This document shows positions 13,701 to 28,700 of a DNA stretch of 38,329 bases, piece by piece; the stretch's first letter is position 1, and each line of letters starts with the position of its first letter. This DNA is from Streblomastix strix. Taxonomy: Eukaryota. The notes below the pieces were generated by a model. It was given only the letters and a program-made list of their open reading frames with translations, was not told where the DNA came from and did no database searches. The stretch covers positions 1-38,329 of the forward strand of contig SNRW01000031.1 in the NCBI GenBank assembly GCA_008636045.1. Direction: 5' to 3'. Both the position numbers and the translations under genes were made by a program.

Positions 13701-16700
13701 TAATCTTAATAATCACAATCATTATAATAATAAAATCTTTCTTAATCAACTTAATTATTATAAAAATAGTCATATCAATAATAATATTATATTTATAAAG
13801 GAGTTCCAAATAGTATTATCAATGAGTTTTGGATTGACTAGCGAGTAATTAGACCTTAAATTAATAATCTTAGCTATTAATTAAATCCTTAATACACATA
13901 ATAGCAAATTAAGTAAAAACATTATAACAATTAATAGTTCTAAGTTTATAAAAACGCAGAATATTTAAATTAAGGTTCAATTGCCCATTCAGCTGAGATT
14001 GAAAATCCTCCTTTATCAGCTCCATTATTTGAAGGAAATAATAACTATGTAAATGCATTAAATAATATTATATACAATTAAAATAACAATTAATAATTAA
14101 ACTCCCAGTAAATAAAAGAGAAAGAAAGAGAAATATAATAAATTCAATATAAATAATAAGGCGAATATGTTATTCAATCATCAAAATGGTTATTGTTATT
14201 TCATCCTTATGTATAAACAAAATATGAAAGACTACATAATTTATTATAATAAAATGAAATAAATGATATATATCACATTGATTTTACTTCTTCTGTCCGA
14301 ACATATACATAATTACCATAGTATAACTAAGTATAAAACAATAAATATGGGAAAGAAGGAGATGAAAATAAAAATCCATTAATCCCTTATTAATCTACAT
14401 TAGTAAAATAGCAATAATAATAATCTTCATAACCATCATCATCATTTCATTCTTTACCTTCAGGGCATTCTTCAGCACCGCATTCTTGGATACAAGGAGA
14501 ATCTTCAATATTTGTTATTCATCCTCTACAATCTTCATTGCAATCATTAGGAGGTCCATTAATATTGTTGTATTTAATTGATATTGCTTAATCTAAAGAA
14601 TCATTTTGTGTTGCGTTAAATGTACTAATTAATATTATTTCTTCAGATTTATAATAACAACAATAGTTTGATATACAAGGAGGCTGGAATATATTGATCC
14701 ATATATTGGAAAGAAGATATTAATTGTTAAATTAAAATATAGTAATATTTGCACGATTATTATATTGTTGTTTTTGTTCTCCTATTTATTTATCATCTGA
14801 TTTATCATATAGAAATAAATAAGTTAATTAAATACAAAATGGAAAAGAATAATCAAAAGTTGAAGAAAAAGAAAAAATGAAGAAAGAAATGAAAGAGAAA
14901 TTAATAAGAAATGAGCAGTAAATGAAAATAAACAGAGAAAAAGGACTGCCTCCACCGTCTCCAATTAATAACATGTCATAATTACTTCCTATTAATCAAT
15001 CTCCTTCACCATCAATGTCTCCTTTTTAATCTTCTCTTAATTCATCTTAAATAATATCTCCTCCTTCTGATTCATTGCACAATCCATTTTATTAACACAA
15101 TAGTTTATTATTATAGTCTTCTTAATAATAATTAACTTCATCTTCCAAAGGTTAATATCAATTTTCATAATCAATATATAAATATAATCCTTCTTAATCT
15201 CCATATTTATTTAACTTAATAAATAACAGATGGCCAATTTTATATAATTCTAATGGATTCTTTATTATATCATTTAATTTATTATTATTACATAAGATAT
15301 CAATCCAACACATATACATTATTACATCATTATTATCAACATTAATATAACCAGAAAATCCTTACTATTTATATAATTTAGATAGAATTAGAGAAAAAGG
15401 AGGAATTGTGAATATACTTCATATCATTGAGCATATCAATATATAAGAATTAATTGAACATGAAAATTAGAAGAATAATTTTAATAATGAAGAATATGAT
15501 AACGATTAAATATAAATATTCCATTAACTTCTCAATCACATCTTCTTTATATTATTACCTTTATTAATAGGAACAGTATGGATTGGATCAGATTTATAAA
15601 ATATTGCATTATTTATATCTTCATTACTTCCTTTATATTCGAAAAGAGCAAAAGAAATAATAAAAGGAAGTGAAAATTGGATTATGAATAAAAGTTAAGA
15701 AATATGTGATGATGAAATTGAATATTATGAAAATGAGAAGCGAACAATTAGAAAGAAGCATAATTAAAGAAAATAACAATCTAAAGATTTGTAATTCATT
15801 TAAACTCATACAATTCAATCATCTATATATAATAGTTAAGTAAATGAGCATTCAAGACAGTATATACTTATTCTTGCATTATAATTCCTAGCATCAATTC
15901 TTTCTCATACAACATTACCAGAAAATGTGAATATATTCTCACGAACAATAGGCAACTAATTGCTTAATATTATACATAATAACAGTTAAAATATTTAAAT
16001 TACTCTTATTTCACTATAAATAATATCAATGCTGCTACTAAGATGCCCTGAATACGCGCTTGGATTTACACGAATGAAAGAAAAGAAAGAAAGAGTGAAA
16101 ATTGTGAAAGAAATGAAAATGTATATAAACGTGAAATTAAAAGATAAATAAAAATAGGAAAACGATCGGAAATAAATGTAAAAAAATTAAAAAACTTTAT
16201 AAAAACATTTTAAAAATAAAAAAAGAAGCTCATAATTTTTGAAATAGTAATAACAATTTTAATAGTAATAAAAGTAATAAAATTACTTAACATAATAGTA
16301 ATTACATAGAAGAAGCTAGTCAATTTAAGATAATTTAAATTAAACTCCAACCAATTCATAATAATTATTACGTTATAATTAGTATAACAGAAGATAATAT
16401 TAATATAATCCATAATAATTATAAATATAATAAACTCCTTAAAATGCATCTTCTCCCCAACCATCTTCATCTTTATCCTCACCAATAACTCATTCTCATT
16501 CACCAATACCTCCTCCTCTTCGCAAGAATTACTCTTTTTCTTATGACATTAACTAATAATAGATATAGTAAATATAATAATAATAATAATAAAGATAATA
16601 GAATATTGATACCTAATCAATAGTTACATCAGACAAAAGGAATATTAATTAAAATCGATAAATATAGGAAATGAAGAAAGAAAATAAAATTAAGGAAATA

Positions 16701-19700
16701 AAAATATAATTTTAATTATAATAATAGAAATAATAAAATTTTAATTAATATTCTTATCTTATTTCTAATTTCATATAAAGATAACACTACATTAGTTCAA
16801 TTTAATAGTTATTATAATTATAATATATTATTAATGATGATGGATTCAACATTTTGCTCCATTCGTTATTACCATTTGCATTAAACTAATAAATATATAC
16901 ATAATTGTTCAGTTTATTATTAAATAGATATGATTTCATAAGCGATTGTGTTTATAAGAATGCAATATGCGATCCTGAAGCGTATAATGTTGATATATGT
17001 AATATAAATGAACTTTATAATGAAGATATTAAAATTAATGAATAATTATATTTACCGTCTCCATCATTAACTTCTCATTCATCTCCTCATTCACATTCTC
17101 TTTCAGATCTGCTTTCTTCATCTCATTAATCTTATTCATTAATAACATTTCCTTAAATTATTGGAGTAATTCTTTCTTTAATTGAAGTTGTTCACTCATT
17201 TATTCATAATTATTAATATAATTAAGATATTTAATTAAAACCCGAGAAATTTGAATTATAATAAAATGAATAAAAAGAACATGCTGAAAATTTATCAAAT
17301 ATTTTAGAAGATGAAAATTAAAAAATATTTGTTCCTTTTTCTCGATAAGATAGATGGAAGTAAATTATTATTCCTTCATATTTATATTAATCATCAACTT
17401 AAAATTCTTAATAATCCATTATAAATCACTCAATTTAACTAATTGAAACTATAATTAACTCTTTAAGAATTTTAATATATAATTCATGTTAATAAGGAAG
17501 AGATGATATTGCACAAACTATTATAAATTAATTATATTAAATGAAAAACAGAAAGAAAGAAATGAAGAAATTATAGAAAGAAACAAAAGATTAGAAACTT
17601 AAATAGAGAAAAGATACTAAACAAGTAATATAGAACAATGAAATTAAAGAAGAAGAGAAAAAGATAAATATTATTAACTAATAAAATTAGAATGAATAAG
17701 AAGAATAAGAATAAATTTCATCTTAGAATAGTAATGAAGATGAAAATATAAATATCTTTTCTTATAGCGATAGAGAAATATATAATGAAGAAGATAATGA
17801 TGATAATGAAGTTGATTATGATATTAAAATAGCAACTGTTCATACTGTTCTATTTGCTCCAAAATAAATGATTATTAATAGTAATTTATAGAAAGAAGAA
17901 AAATAGGAAAATCAGAAAATTGATGTCCACTCGCATTCTCAAGCTCATCAATATTAATAACCATGTTTGTGTTGTCCAGCTGCAGATTCATTGATTTAAT
18001 TATCAGTTGATTCATTATTATTTTCTATTATGTCAGCTTAGACTAGAATAATTAAAGAAAAAGAATAAAGAGACAAAGAAAATGAAAATTAAAGTAGAGA
18101 AAGAGATTAGGAAGGAGAAAATAATAGAAAAATTAAATTATTTGATGATATTTTGAAAGATAATGAATAATTGTTTGAAACAAAACAAAATTAATAAAAT
18201 TTAAATGTTTAAAAATAATAAAACTTATTATAGTAAGATAATCAAATTTAACAGCAGCAATAATAAACTTCTCAAAATAAAGATTCAATAAATTATAAAA
18301 AACATAAAAAAATTAATAATATATTAATATTTGAAGATATTGCCAATAATATTTTAGGAATTGATGAGTAATTAAGGATTGAAGAAATTGATAATGATGA
18401 ATATTAATATTAAGAAGATATCAAAATTTCTGAACATTAGAAGCAAATTAGATTACTTTCTTCTTCTCACATATCACGGATATTCATTACAACAACTCTT
18501 TCAATATTCACAGAAATGCTTAATTAATTTATGAAGTAAAAAGGAAATGACTTAGCTAATGAACTCATAAGCAATGTCGAATAATAATTTTTATATAGAA
18601 TTGTTAAAGAAGAGAATATGTATAAGTCAAAATAATTAACGAATGATAAAATTATTACACAACAAAAAAAAGAAAGTCAATCTATATTTACATTTTTTAA
18701 AAATCTAACATCTTCATCCTCTACTCAACAATAACAACAAAATGATTATTATTAATAATAATAATAATAATTAGTAGTTCCTCATTCATCATCTTCAACA
18801 TCATCATCCATATCTCCTCATCCTCCTCCTCCTTCATTCACTCATCCATATCCTTCTCTATTTAATCTTCTTCAATCATCTTCTCTTTCTCATTCATTTA
18901 TTAATATTATTGATGCATGTTCATTTATAATAGAATAATAATAAAGAGTTTTTATATTGTATTATTAAAATATAGATGAATAAGATAATTAAGAATATAA
19001 AGAAATGAAAAAATAAGAATAACTATTAATTTCATTAATAGCTGAATGTATTAATTGTGTAGGTGCTCAATTCTTTAATATTAATATTTAACCAACGTAA
19101 TAAAAATAACAAAGCCATCAACATGAATAGCTTCAAATGTAATAATAGCAAATATAGAAACACCAATAATAATAAACATAATCACATCTGTCTTCTTCGC
19201 AATCTTCATCGATTTCATTATCTTCTAAGTCATCTTCATTATCATCATTATAACATTAAGATATTAATTCTTAAAAAATTATTAATTATAAAACAAATTT
19301 TGATGAAGAAAACACAACATAAAATCAAAATTAATAATTATTATATTAAAATAATAAAGAAAATGAATTAAAGAGTTAAAATACAAGTACAAATTATAAT
19401 GAATAATTTTCAATTTACATGTAACCATAAATTGATAAATATTGGGGTAGTTTATGTAAAACAGAGAAAAATAGAGAAATTAAGTAAGAAAATAATACAT
19501 TGAATGATGTTGAAAGAAAATAGGAAGATGAAAATAATTTTAATGAACAAGAAAAGGAAAAAGAAAATTAAGAAATCATAAACAAATAATTAGAAGGAAT
19601 AAATAAATATTCTTTCTTTACACTCATAATTCCACATACATAAACATAATAACAAAATTCTACATATATTTCTCTTATATCTCAAAATGGTTTATAATTT

Positions 19701-22700
19701 GCATATAAATAAATTAAATATTTTGTAGAATGCACTTTTTTCTAATTAATTATTGATTAATTAAGAACTATAATAATAAATAAAATATAATAATGCATTA
19801 TATAATAATAAATAAATTTTAGCTAAATTAAAGACATACTTTATTTGTGCTATATTTTTAAATTGCCATTATTTACGTTTTGCATTCATGACATTGAAGA
19901 AGAAGAAAAAGAAATAGAAAAAGATGAAAGAGAAGAACAAGAAAGAGAAGGAGAAAGAAATGAAGATAAAACAAAGAAAGATAAGTAATTGAATGTAATT
20001 GGAAAGAAAGACAAAGAAATGAAGGATAAATAATAGGATAAAAGTAAAGATAAAGATATTAATAATAAAATTGATAACGGGATAAATTCAATTAAAGAAT
20101 AATAAACTGAATTGTAAAATGATATATATATAGCTCTAACAACAAGTCCTACAATTAATAATATTAATTCTCCATAATAGTTAGAATAATCAAATTTATC
20201 TTCTTTAATATTTTAATCAATGCAATAACAGAACTATTAAAATAAACAATAACAATAAACACAATTATAACATCGGTAGTAATATACCCAATCATTAACT
20301 CGTGCATAATCAAAACAATATTCTTTAATATTGTAATAATAACTTTCATCAACATCTTCTTTATAAAATAAAGAACCATTCACATAATAATAAGATTTAA
20401 ATAAAATATTGAAATTAAAATAATAACTAAGGAATAACAACTATAATAACAATGATAATAGTTTAATTTAATTAAATCCTAACTAACATATTTAGTCGTC
20501 AACTTCATCTACATCTTAATAACAATAATAGTAAATAAAATATATTCCCAACTTTTCATAATATTCTCCTTATTCATCTCATTATATATAACCCACTTCT
20601 CCATAATAATAATCTTAGAAACTTCCTCTTCCTCCAACTCCAACTATTACTCCTCCTCCTTTCTTTCGTCTTCCAACTAATACTAATAGTAATTAAAATG
20701 AAATTTAATATGATAATTCTTAATAAACTTTATCATCCTCTTAATAATATTTTTATTTAAATGAATAATTGCAAAATGAATAATAATTATTTGAATAATT
20801 TGAGTCGTAGGAGTAATTATAAAAGTGGCAATACTAATTAGAATAAGGAGAAGTAAATTTAAATATTAATAAATTATCGTTACAACAAATCTTAATAATG
20901 TAAAAACGATAAATTAAAAGAGGAATTGAATAATCTTGGATTTAACCTCAAGATGCTATTATTATTGAAATAAATGTATAGAAATAAATGGAGAAGGATA
21001 AAGATGTAGAATAATTGAATTAGAATGAAAAACAATAAAGAAAAGATTTGGATGTAGAAAGAAAAGAACTGGTAATAGAAGAGAATAGAAGAAGAAAAAG
21101 CGAGGAAAATACCAACAATTAAAGCAAATAGTTTGCTTTTAATCAAAATGATGATATTGAATTAATGTATATTGAAAAAGAAAAGAAATTAAGAGAGGAT
21201 ATTGAGAGAGAGTAAGAAAAAGAGATGTAAAAATCAAAATTAAATGAAAAAGATTTGAAGAAATTGGAAAAAGATAAAAAGAAATAATAAGAAAAAGAAG
21301 AAAAAGAAAAGAAGAAGGAAGAAGAAGAAAAGAAGAAATTAGAAAAGAAGAAAGAAAAGGAAAGAGAAAAAGAAAAAGAGAAAGAGAAAGAAAAAGAAAA
21401 AGAGAAAGAGAAAGAAAGATTGTAGTAATAATTATAATCTTAGTAATAATTAAATTCTATTATTTCCCCTCCATTGCTCTAAACTCAACATTAGTTCTAT
21501 AAATACTATTAATAGTTAAATAGAAAAAGATTTTAAAAAGATCAAGATTTCATATCATTTATAGTATTATTCATTTTCTCTTCACTTGAAATGTGCAATG
21601 ATATTTGGATATAAAAAGTATTAACTCAATTATTTTCATTTATAACCCTGTTCCATACTAAAAAAATTAAAAATATGTTTGTTTTCGATGAAATATAAGA
21701 ATAAGAATATGAAGAGAGTGAAGATTTGGATGATGAAGATGAATAAGATTAATTTGAAGATAAAAGCGAAAATGGATAAGAACCAAAAGATAAAGTTAAA
21801 GATAAAGATAAACAATCAGACAAAATTGTATTCTTTACTAATCCATTATATTCTAGATCATAATCGTTGGATGAAAATGAGGAAAAAGAAGAATTGAAGG
21901 AAAATATAGAGTTAATATAAGGGAATTTGGAAAAAGAAATAAAAAAACCCGAATAAATTAAATTACCTTTACCAAATCCATTCTTAGAAAATCAACCTTC
22001 TTAAATATTATTTTATTAAGAAAATGAATTTTCATAAAAATAATAAGTAAAACTTAATGATAAATAGTTAAAATAACAAATATAAGATAATAATGAAAAA
22101 AATGGAAAGAATAAAGATTAGTTTGTTAATATTGAAAAAATGTAAAATGATAATGAAATAAAAGAAAATATGAATTAATAAATGATTGCTTTAAATTAAT
22201 TATATATATAAAAAGGGTAATATTTGCCTTCTGCCTATGATTTATTATAAGATATAGTTTTATTTTAATTTAACATCAATGAAATTGATAAAGGAATATA
22301 AAATGGTGATATTTATATGAGAGAAATGAAGAAAAGATTATTAAAAATAAAAGAAACAGAGTAAATAAAAGATAATGAAATAAAATTGGGAATAAACATT
22401 ATTAGAGATATAGGAAACAAAAATTTATCTTCTTAATAGTATAATATAAATCAATAATAAATTTCCTAATCTCCAACATTTTCAACTATTTCTACTTCCC
22501 TGTCACTTTCTCAATCTTCTATTTCATCATTTTCTTCTTAAATATAATAGTCTTCAACAAATTCAATACCTACAATGACATTTTCATAAATATTCTAATT
22601 GCAGTAAAATAAAAGAACCAATAATAAAAATATAATAATGAAATGCATTGAAAGAATGAAATTAAATGAAAAACAAGAAAAGAAAAGAAAAGATGAAATA

Positions 22701-25700
22701 TAATAATTTATTTATTTAATGGACAAAGAAGAAAAATAAAAAGAAAAATTGAAAGAGAAAGAAAGAGAAGAAAAAAGAAATAAAAATCCGTTTTATATTA
22801 AGACATACATATACGAAAACGTATTAGCTAATTATTTTGATAAATAAAAAGAAAAGGATAAAGAAATTAAAGTAGAAGAAAATTTAGATGATATTTTTGA
22901 ACAAAAAGAAAATAATGTACAATAATCTATTTAATCATTAAACACATAAAATGCTGATTAATATAAAAAGCAATTAAAATAATTTTAAAAATAATAAAAA
23001 ATGATTAAATAAAAATATAAATTAATCATTAATTCATTAAAAGAAAGAGTTAATATTTGGAAAGATGGAATTGATTTATTATTATATTATTGGATTGATT
23101 ATATGTATTAAAGGAAATATGGATAATATTAGAAATAAGTATAAGAATAATAAATATTATAAAATGATAATATATAAAAACAGTTGTTAACACAATCTTC
23201 ATCGAAGACTTAATTATAATCTTCATAATCTTCGTTATCATCACTTTCCTTATCTCCTTCTTCTCATAATATGAACTCTCCTTCTAAGCCAAAAAATATA
23301 CTTAATTATTCACCATCATAATCTCCTGTAACATCTCAACATTCTCAACTACCTTCATCTTCATCTTCTCCAAATTAGTAAAAACCTTTATCTTCATTTT
23401 CTCCTTCATCATCTTAATAATTAGCAATAAAATCAAATTAATTAGAAAATAACACAAAGAAATTTATTTTGTTTATTTAATAGCATAAAACATAAATAAG
23501 ATAATGTTTATTACATTTGGAAGAAAATAAAATTTAATTAGAAAAGAGAAAATTGGAAAGAGAATTGGAGAAGGAGAAAGAAAAGGAGAAACAATAGTAA
23601 TAATTAAAATAAATTAAGGAAAATGATTAGCTTTATAATAAGTCTCAAATTTAATAGTCATTTTCAACCATAGCATATAAGCCAAAATAGTAACAAAATA
23701 CAAAAGCTTTATAATAATCAATGTTTTAATCTCCGTATCCAAATCCTCCTTCTCTCCCATAAACCCCATATTTACGACACACTCCACCAAACGCACTCAC
23801 CAATTCTCCTTCTTCATAGCAGCAGTTGTAATACTAACAAAAGCCTGTGGCTCCAAATTCAATTCAGATGGCTTCTCTTAATTAGTAATCTTAAGAACAA
23901 AAGAAATAGTAAATATTTAATTAGCAAATTTAATAAAAACAACCTTCTTCTTCATTTATAATATCACCTTCATAATCTTTTTTATAATAAATTTTATTTA
24001 ATTAATAATAAAACAATAATGCTGATACATCTATATCGACAATAGTTATAAACTAATAGTAATAATCATCGAAATCATCTTAAATACAATAATAATTATC
24101 AAAAATATTATTAAAAATATAACAATCTAAAAAGTTTAAACAGAAAAGTATTGCTAGTTAGTTATTATCACTATGTAGAAACGAAACAATTAAAACATTT
24201 AGAAACTAATTGCCTATTATTAATATGAAGGAATAAGTAGAAAGAGAAATGTAGCAATCATCGTCGTAATAAAAATTAAATGATTAGATTAAAAATATAT
24301 AATAAATTAAAAATAAAAAATAATTAGAAAATAAAATTATTAAAATTAAATAATAAAGAATGGTTGATAGAGCAATCATTTAATAAGATATTTAAGAAAG
24401 AATAAATATTTCTTAATATTTTCATATTTAATCATTAACAACTTAAAGATAATAATTATTATTATTCCGTAAACACTCTTTATTTATTGCTTTAAATTTA
24501 GAATTATTTTCTCATTCTCATAACGCATGGATTAATTAAATAAGTTAAATGAGACAAGAAGGAGGAATATTTGCCTTTCCTGATTAAGATGAAAGAGAAT
24601 ATGATGATGAAAATGAAAATGAAGAAGAAGAAGAAATTAATAATGGATTAATTAATAATTCATCAGATGAAGAATCTCACAAATCAACAGATTCATCATA
24701 TTAATCTCCAGAATCTTAAAATTCTTCATCGTCTAATATATAATCATCACACTTTTCTTCTATTACATCTTCATCTTCAAGTTATTCAAATTCACAAGTT
24801 TAACTTGATTAGAAATAAGAAGAAAAAGAAAAATAATAATGCTTTTCACATGATATTCGTCTTACTTAGTCTTTATCATCTCATTTAAGTAAATATAAAT
24901 CAGATTTGAACTCATAATAAATAAACTTATAACCTACACGAATAATAAAAATAAAACAATAAAACAATATTGATGAAAATCGATATAATTATTCATAAAA
25001 TACTTTTTTCTTTGGTCCAATTAAATAATTTAGAGATAATATGGAAGAATATTGGAAAGAGAAATTGAATAAGATTCGAGAAACAAAGAAATTACGATAA
25101 AAAAAGAAATTAAAATAAAAATTAAATAAAGAATAAAAGTAGGAAATGAAAATGAATGGAAGAAATGAGAAGAACAAATAATATTATTTTATAAGTCCAC
25201 CTGAAAATTAACAATAGGAAATAATACCTACAAATAGACAAAAGAATAATTAATATAAAATTATATAACAATTAAATGAGTTTGATATGTTGTATAGATC
25301 TATAGCAAAGACAGTTCTCCCTATTTTCTCTTCTACTTCATAATTATAAGGATTTAATATACTAAATAATAACAATTAAGATATTTATATTCCTGGATTG
25401 TAATAAGAAAGAATTTATTTTGCAGTTCAAATAAGAAGAATTGAAGGTTAATTAGATGAATAACATGGATTACTCTTGCTTAATTAATAATCTATTATTA
25501 TCATAGATGATTTGGTAATGAGACCTCCAATAGCATTGATACCATATATTCATGATTATAATAATATATAAAGTAATTAATAGTAATAAGATTCATAATC
25601 ATCTTCACATTCACCATTATTGTATCCATCTTTATCTCCTAATCCTCCTCTTTCAATATCTCCTTTACAATCTCCTAGAAAATAAAGTGATTAATAATAA

Positions 25701-28700
25701 ATGTAATAACAACCATAATAATATTAATCTTCATAATCATAATCATTGTCTATATCATTTGATTCAAAAAGATTTAGTAAAAGATTGTTAAGAATATAAA
25801 CGGTGTTGGATAAAGTAAATAAAGAGAAATAAAATGTTGAAGAGTAAATTAATTTTGCCTTGGGAAATGGAGATAAAAAAAGTAAAGAAATTTATAGAAC
25901 GGACAAATTTTGCGAGAAAACCAATAATATTAATCGCTCTAATAAGAACCATTCTCATTAATGTTATGATAGTAATAAACAATTGTCTTAATATTCATAA
26001 CTAATATCTCCAATTTAATTATATCAATCTGCATTAAGAGTATTTGGATATAATGATTTATACAAATTTAAGAAGAATAAAAATGCTAAACACATTAATA
26101 ATAAGAATAACATATATAGAAAAATAATAGAGAAAAGTGAAATTAAAAAAAAGAAGAAGAATATATTGAAAGAAATAAAGATTAATAGAAAATGTCATTA
26201 ATTATATAAAAATCATTGTTAATAATCCTTATCGTATTGTGCTGCTTGCTGCCCGCCTCCTCATATTCACAATTTATATTCTCATTAATCATACAAATAA
26301 TAAATGAATGAAAAAGAATATGATAGTGAAATTACTGATTTATAAGGTGAGTAATAATAAATAGATTAATCATCTCCAATATCTTCCTCATCTAATTCTT
26401 CTCATTCATCTCTTTAATCTATTAAGAATATTCCTCATACAACTCTTCGTTAAATTTAGAATAAAATAAGTAAATATGAATTATTAAATAATTTTGGATG
26501 TTTAAGAGTAAACCCAATGGTTATATAAATACCACTTTGTGATATTGTTGATATCCTCCCAAGAAGATATACTTTACAACCAACTGCAATTGAAATATTT
26601 ACTTTATCTGGATAATCCCATTTCATTGTATTTGAAAATATTTACTTAAAAGAAGCGACTCTTCATTAATTATAATTATCAGTTTCGTTATAAAATCCAA
26701 TATATGGTCCTTCACATGAGAAATAAATTGGAGAAGCATTACAATTCACTGCTGCAGGAGGAATATAAAGAGTATAAAGAATGTATGCTAATGTAATTGA
26801 CAAAGAAGATATTGAGAAATAATAGATAGAAAATGAGAAAGAAAAAATTAGTGAGAAAGAAAATGATGCTTTATTATAACAATATTAATAATAATCACAT
26901 CAAATTATTAAATAATCAACTTAGTTCCCTCCTCTTCCTCCATAATCATAACCTTATAATTTATTTACTTCTTCTGAAAGTTAAAAATAGTAAACTTTAT
27001 CACCTCCATCTTCTACGTAGGTATAATCTTCTTAATATAATAATAAAATACCATATCTATAAAATCTTTCAATACTAACTCCAAATACACAATTATATAA
27101 TATAGACGAATAAGGAAAGATTAAATATATTACAATTTAGGATGCTTAAGAATAATGGAGTTTAGGACATATGAGTAACTTCACATATTTATTATTATTA
27201 AACAGGATAAGTGGAAGAACATTCAAAGATTTAAATTAATATTACATCTTCCCTTGGATATTAAGCAATTATAATTCAAATTCAATTAATTTAAATAAAT
27301 AAATAAATTTTAGAGATCTCTCGAAACCAATCGGTATTTAAAATGGTTAAGCAAGAGATAATGCAGTAAAAAAATTTATTGGAATGTTAGAAAATGTATT
27401 ATATACCCATTTAAATTTAAAATAAAATGAAGCAATAAATACTAAAATAGATTCTGTGAGAGCGTATTATAAATAAAATTTATAATCGTAGTAATAATAA
27501 TAGTAATTAAATTAATAAACAATTAATGAAGCTGTTTAAACTCTTTAATCATTTGGATTCATTCATCCAACAAATAATGAGTATTAAGGCTCAACATATG
27601 GCAATAAGACAATATCTATTTCGTTATACTAAAAGGATTTATAAACAATTAATTCTCCTTTAGTAAATTCAAACTAATAAATTTAATAATTATACTAATA
27701 ATAATAAGAAAATATTAATACTAAAAAGAATTAGGGACTATTTCTTTAACCTTTTGCTGCTATTATATCTCCATAATAAAATAACACACCTAAATCTCCC
27801 AGATTTTATTAACCTTAATCATAGTAACAACACTCATTTTCAGATAGGTCTTAATCACCTTCATCTTAATATACATAAAATGTTTAGTAAGACATAACTA
27901 CTCTTCCAGGATTCACCTAACAACCATGTCACTACGGATCATATTATAGCAATGGATTAATAATTACGTATCTTCTATCAAGAATTGAGCCTTTTACTTC
28001 ATTACTCAGGTATTTATAAACTGGAAAACTTGATAACCCAGATCGAATGTTCCATTCATTTGGCTAAACATTTAGAAGTGCTTCTGATGACAAAGTAAAT
28101 GATTTTCGAGAATTGATTCCTGAATTCTATTCACTTAATTATCACATCTATCAATCACATCACAAATTCGGTAATCTTGGATTAAGAACATCAGTTTTGG
28201 ATCAAGTATCATTTTATTCAAATAATCATTCATAATCACCATAATAACATTCCTTCACATCTTCACAAATTAATTCTAATCGCAATTCAAATAAATATCC
28301 ATAAAAATTAATTGACAAAATGGATATTGTAAAAAGCGACATGATGGTTAAATAAGAAAAAAGAGAAAGTTAGAATGAAATTAATAAATATATAAATAAA
28401 AACTACAAAGAAAATCAAATAGAGAAGAAAAATGATTATAAGCATAAGTAGTAAGATAATAAATAAAAACAGTTTATGCATCAAATATTAATAAAAGAAT
28501 TTTTTTTATTATAGAAATAAAAATTATTATACGATTAATAATAATTATTATAAGTTTAATAATAATTATTATACGATTAATAATAATTATAGCAAAAGAT
28601 GTAATAATAACTTTAAGAAGAAAAAATATAATTATAAATATAATAAGAATAAGAAGAAATCAATGAATTCAATAAATTTACAGAAATTCCAATGGAAATA

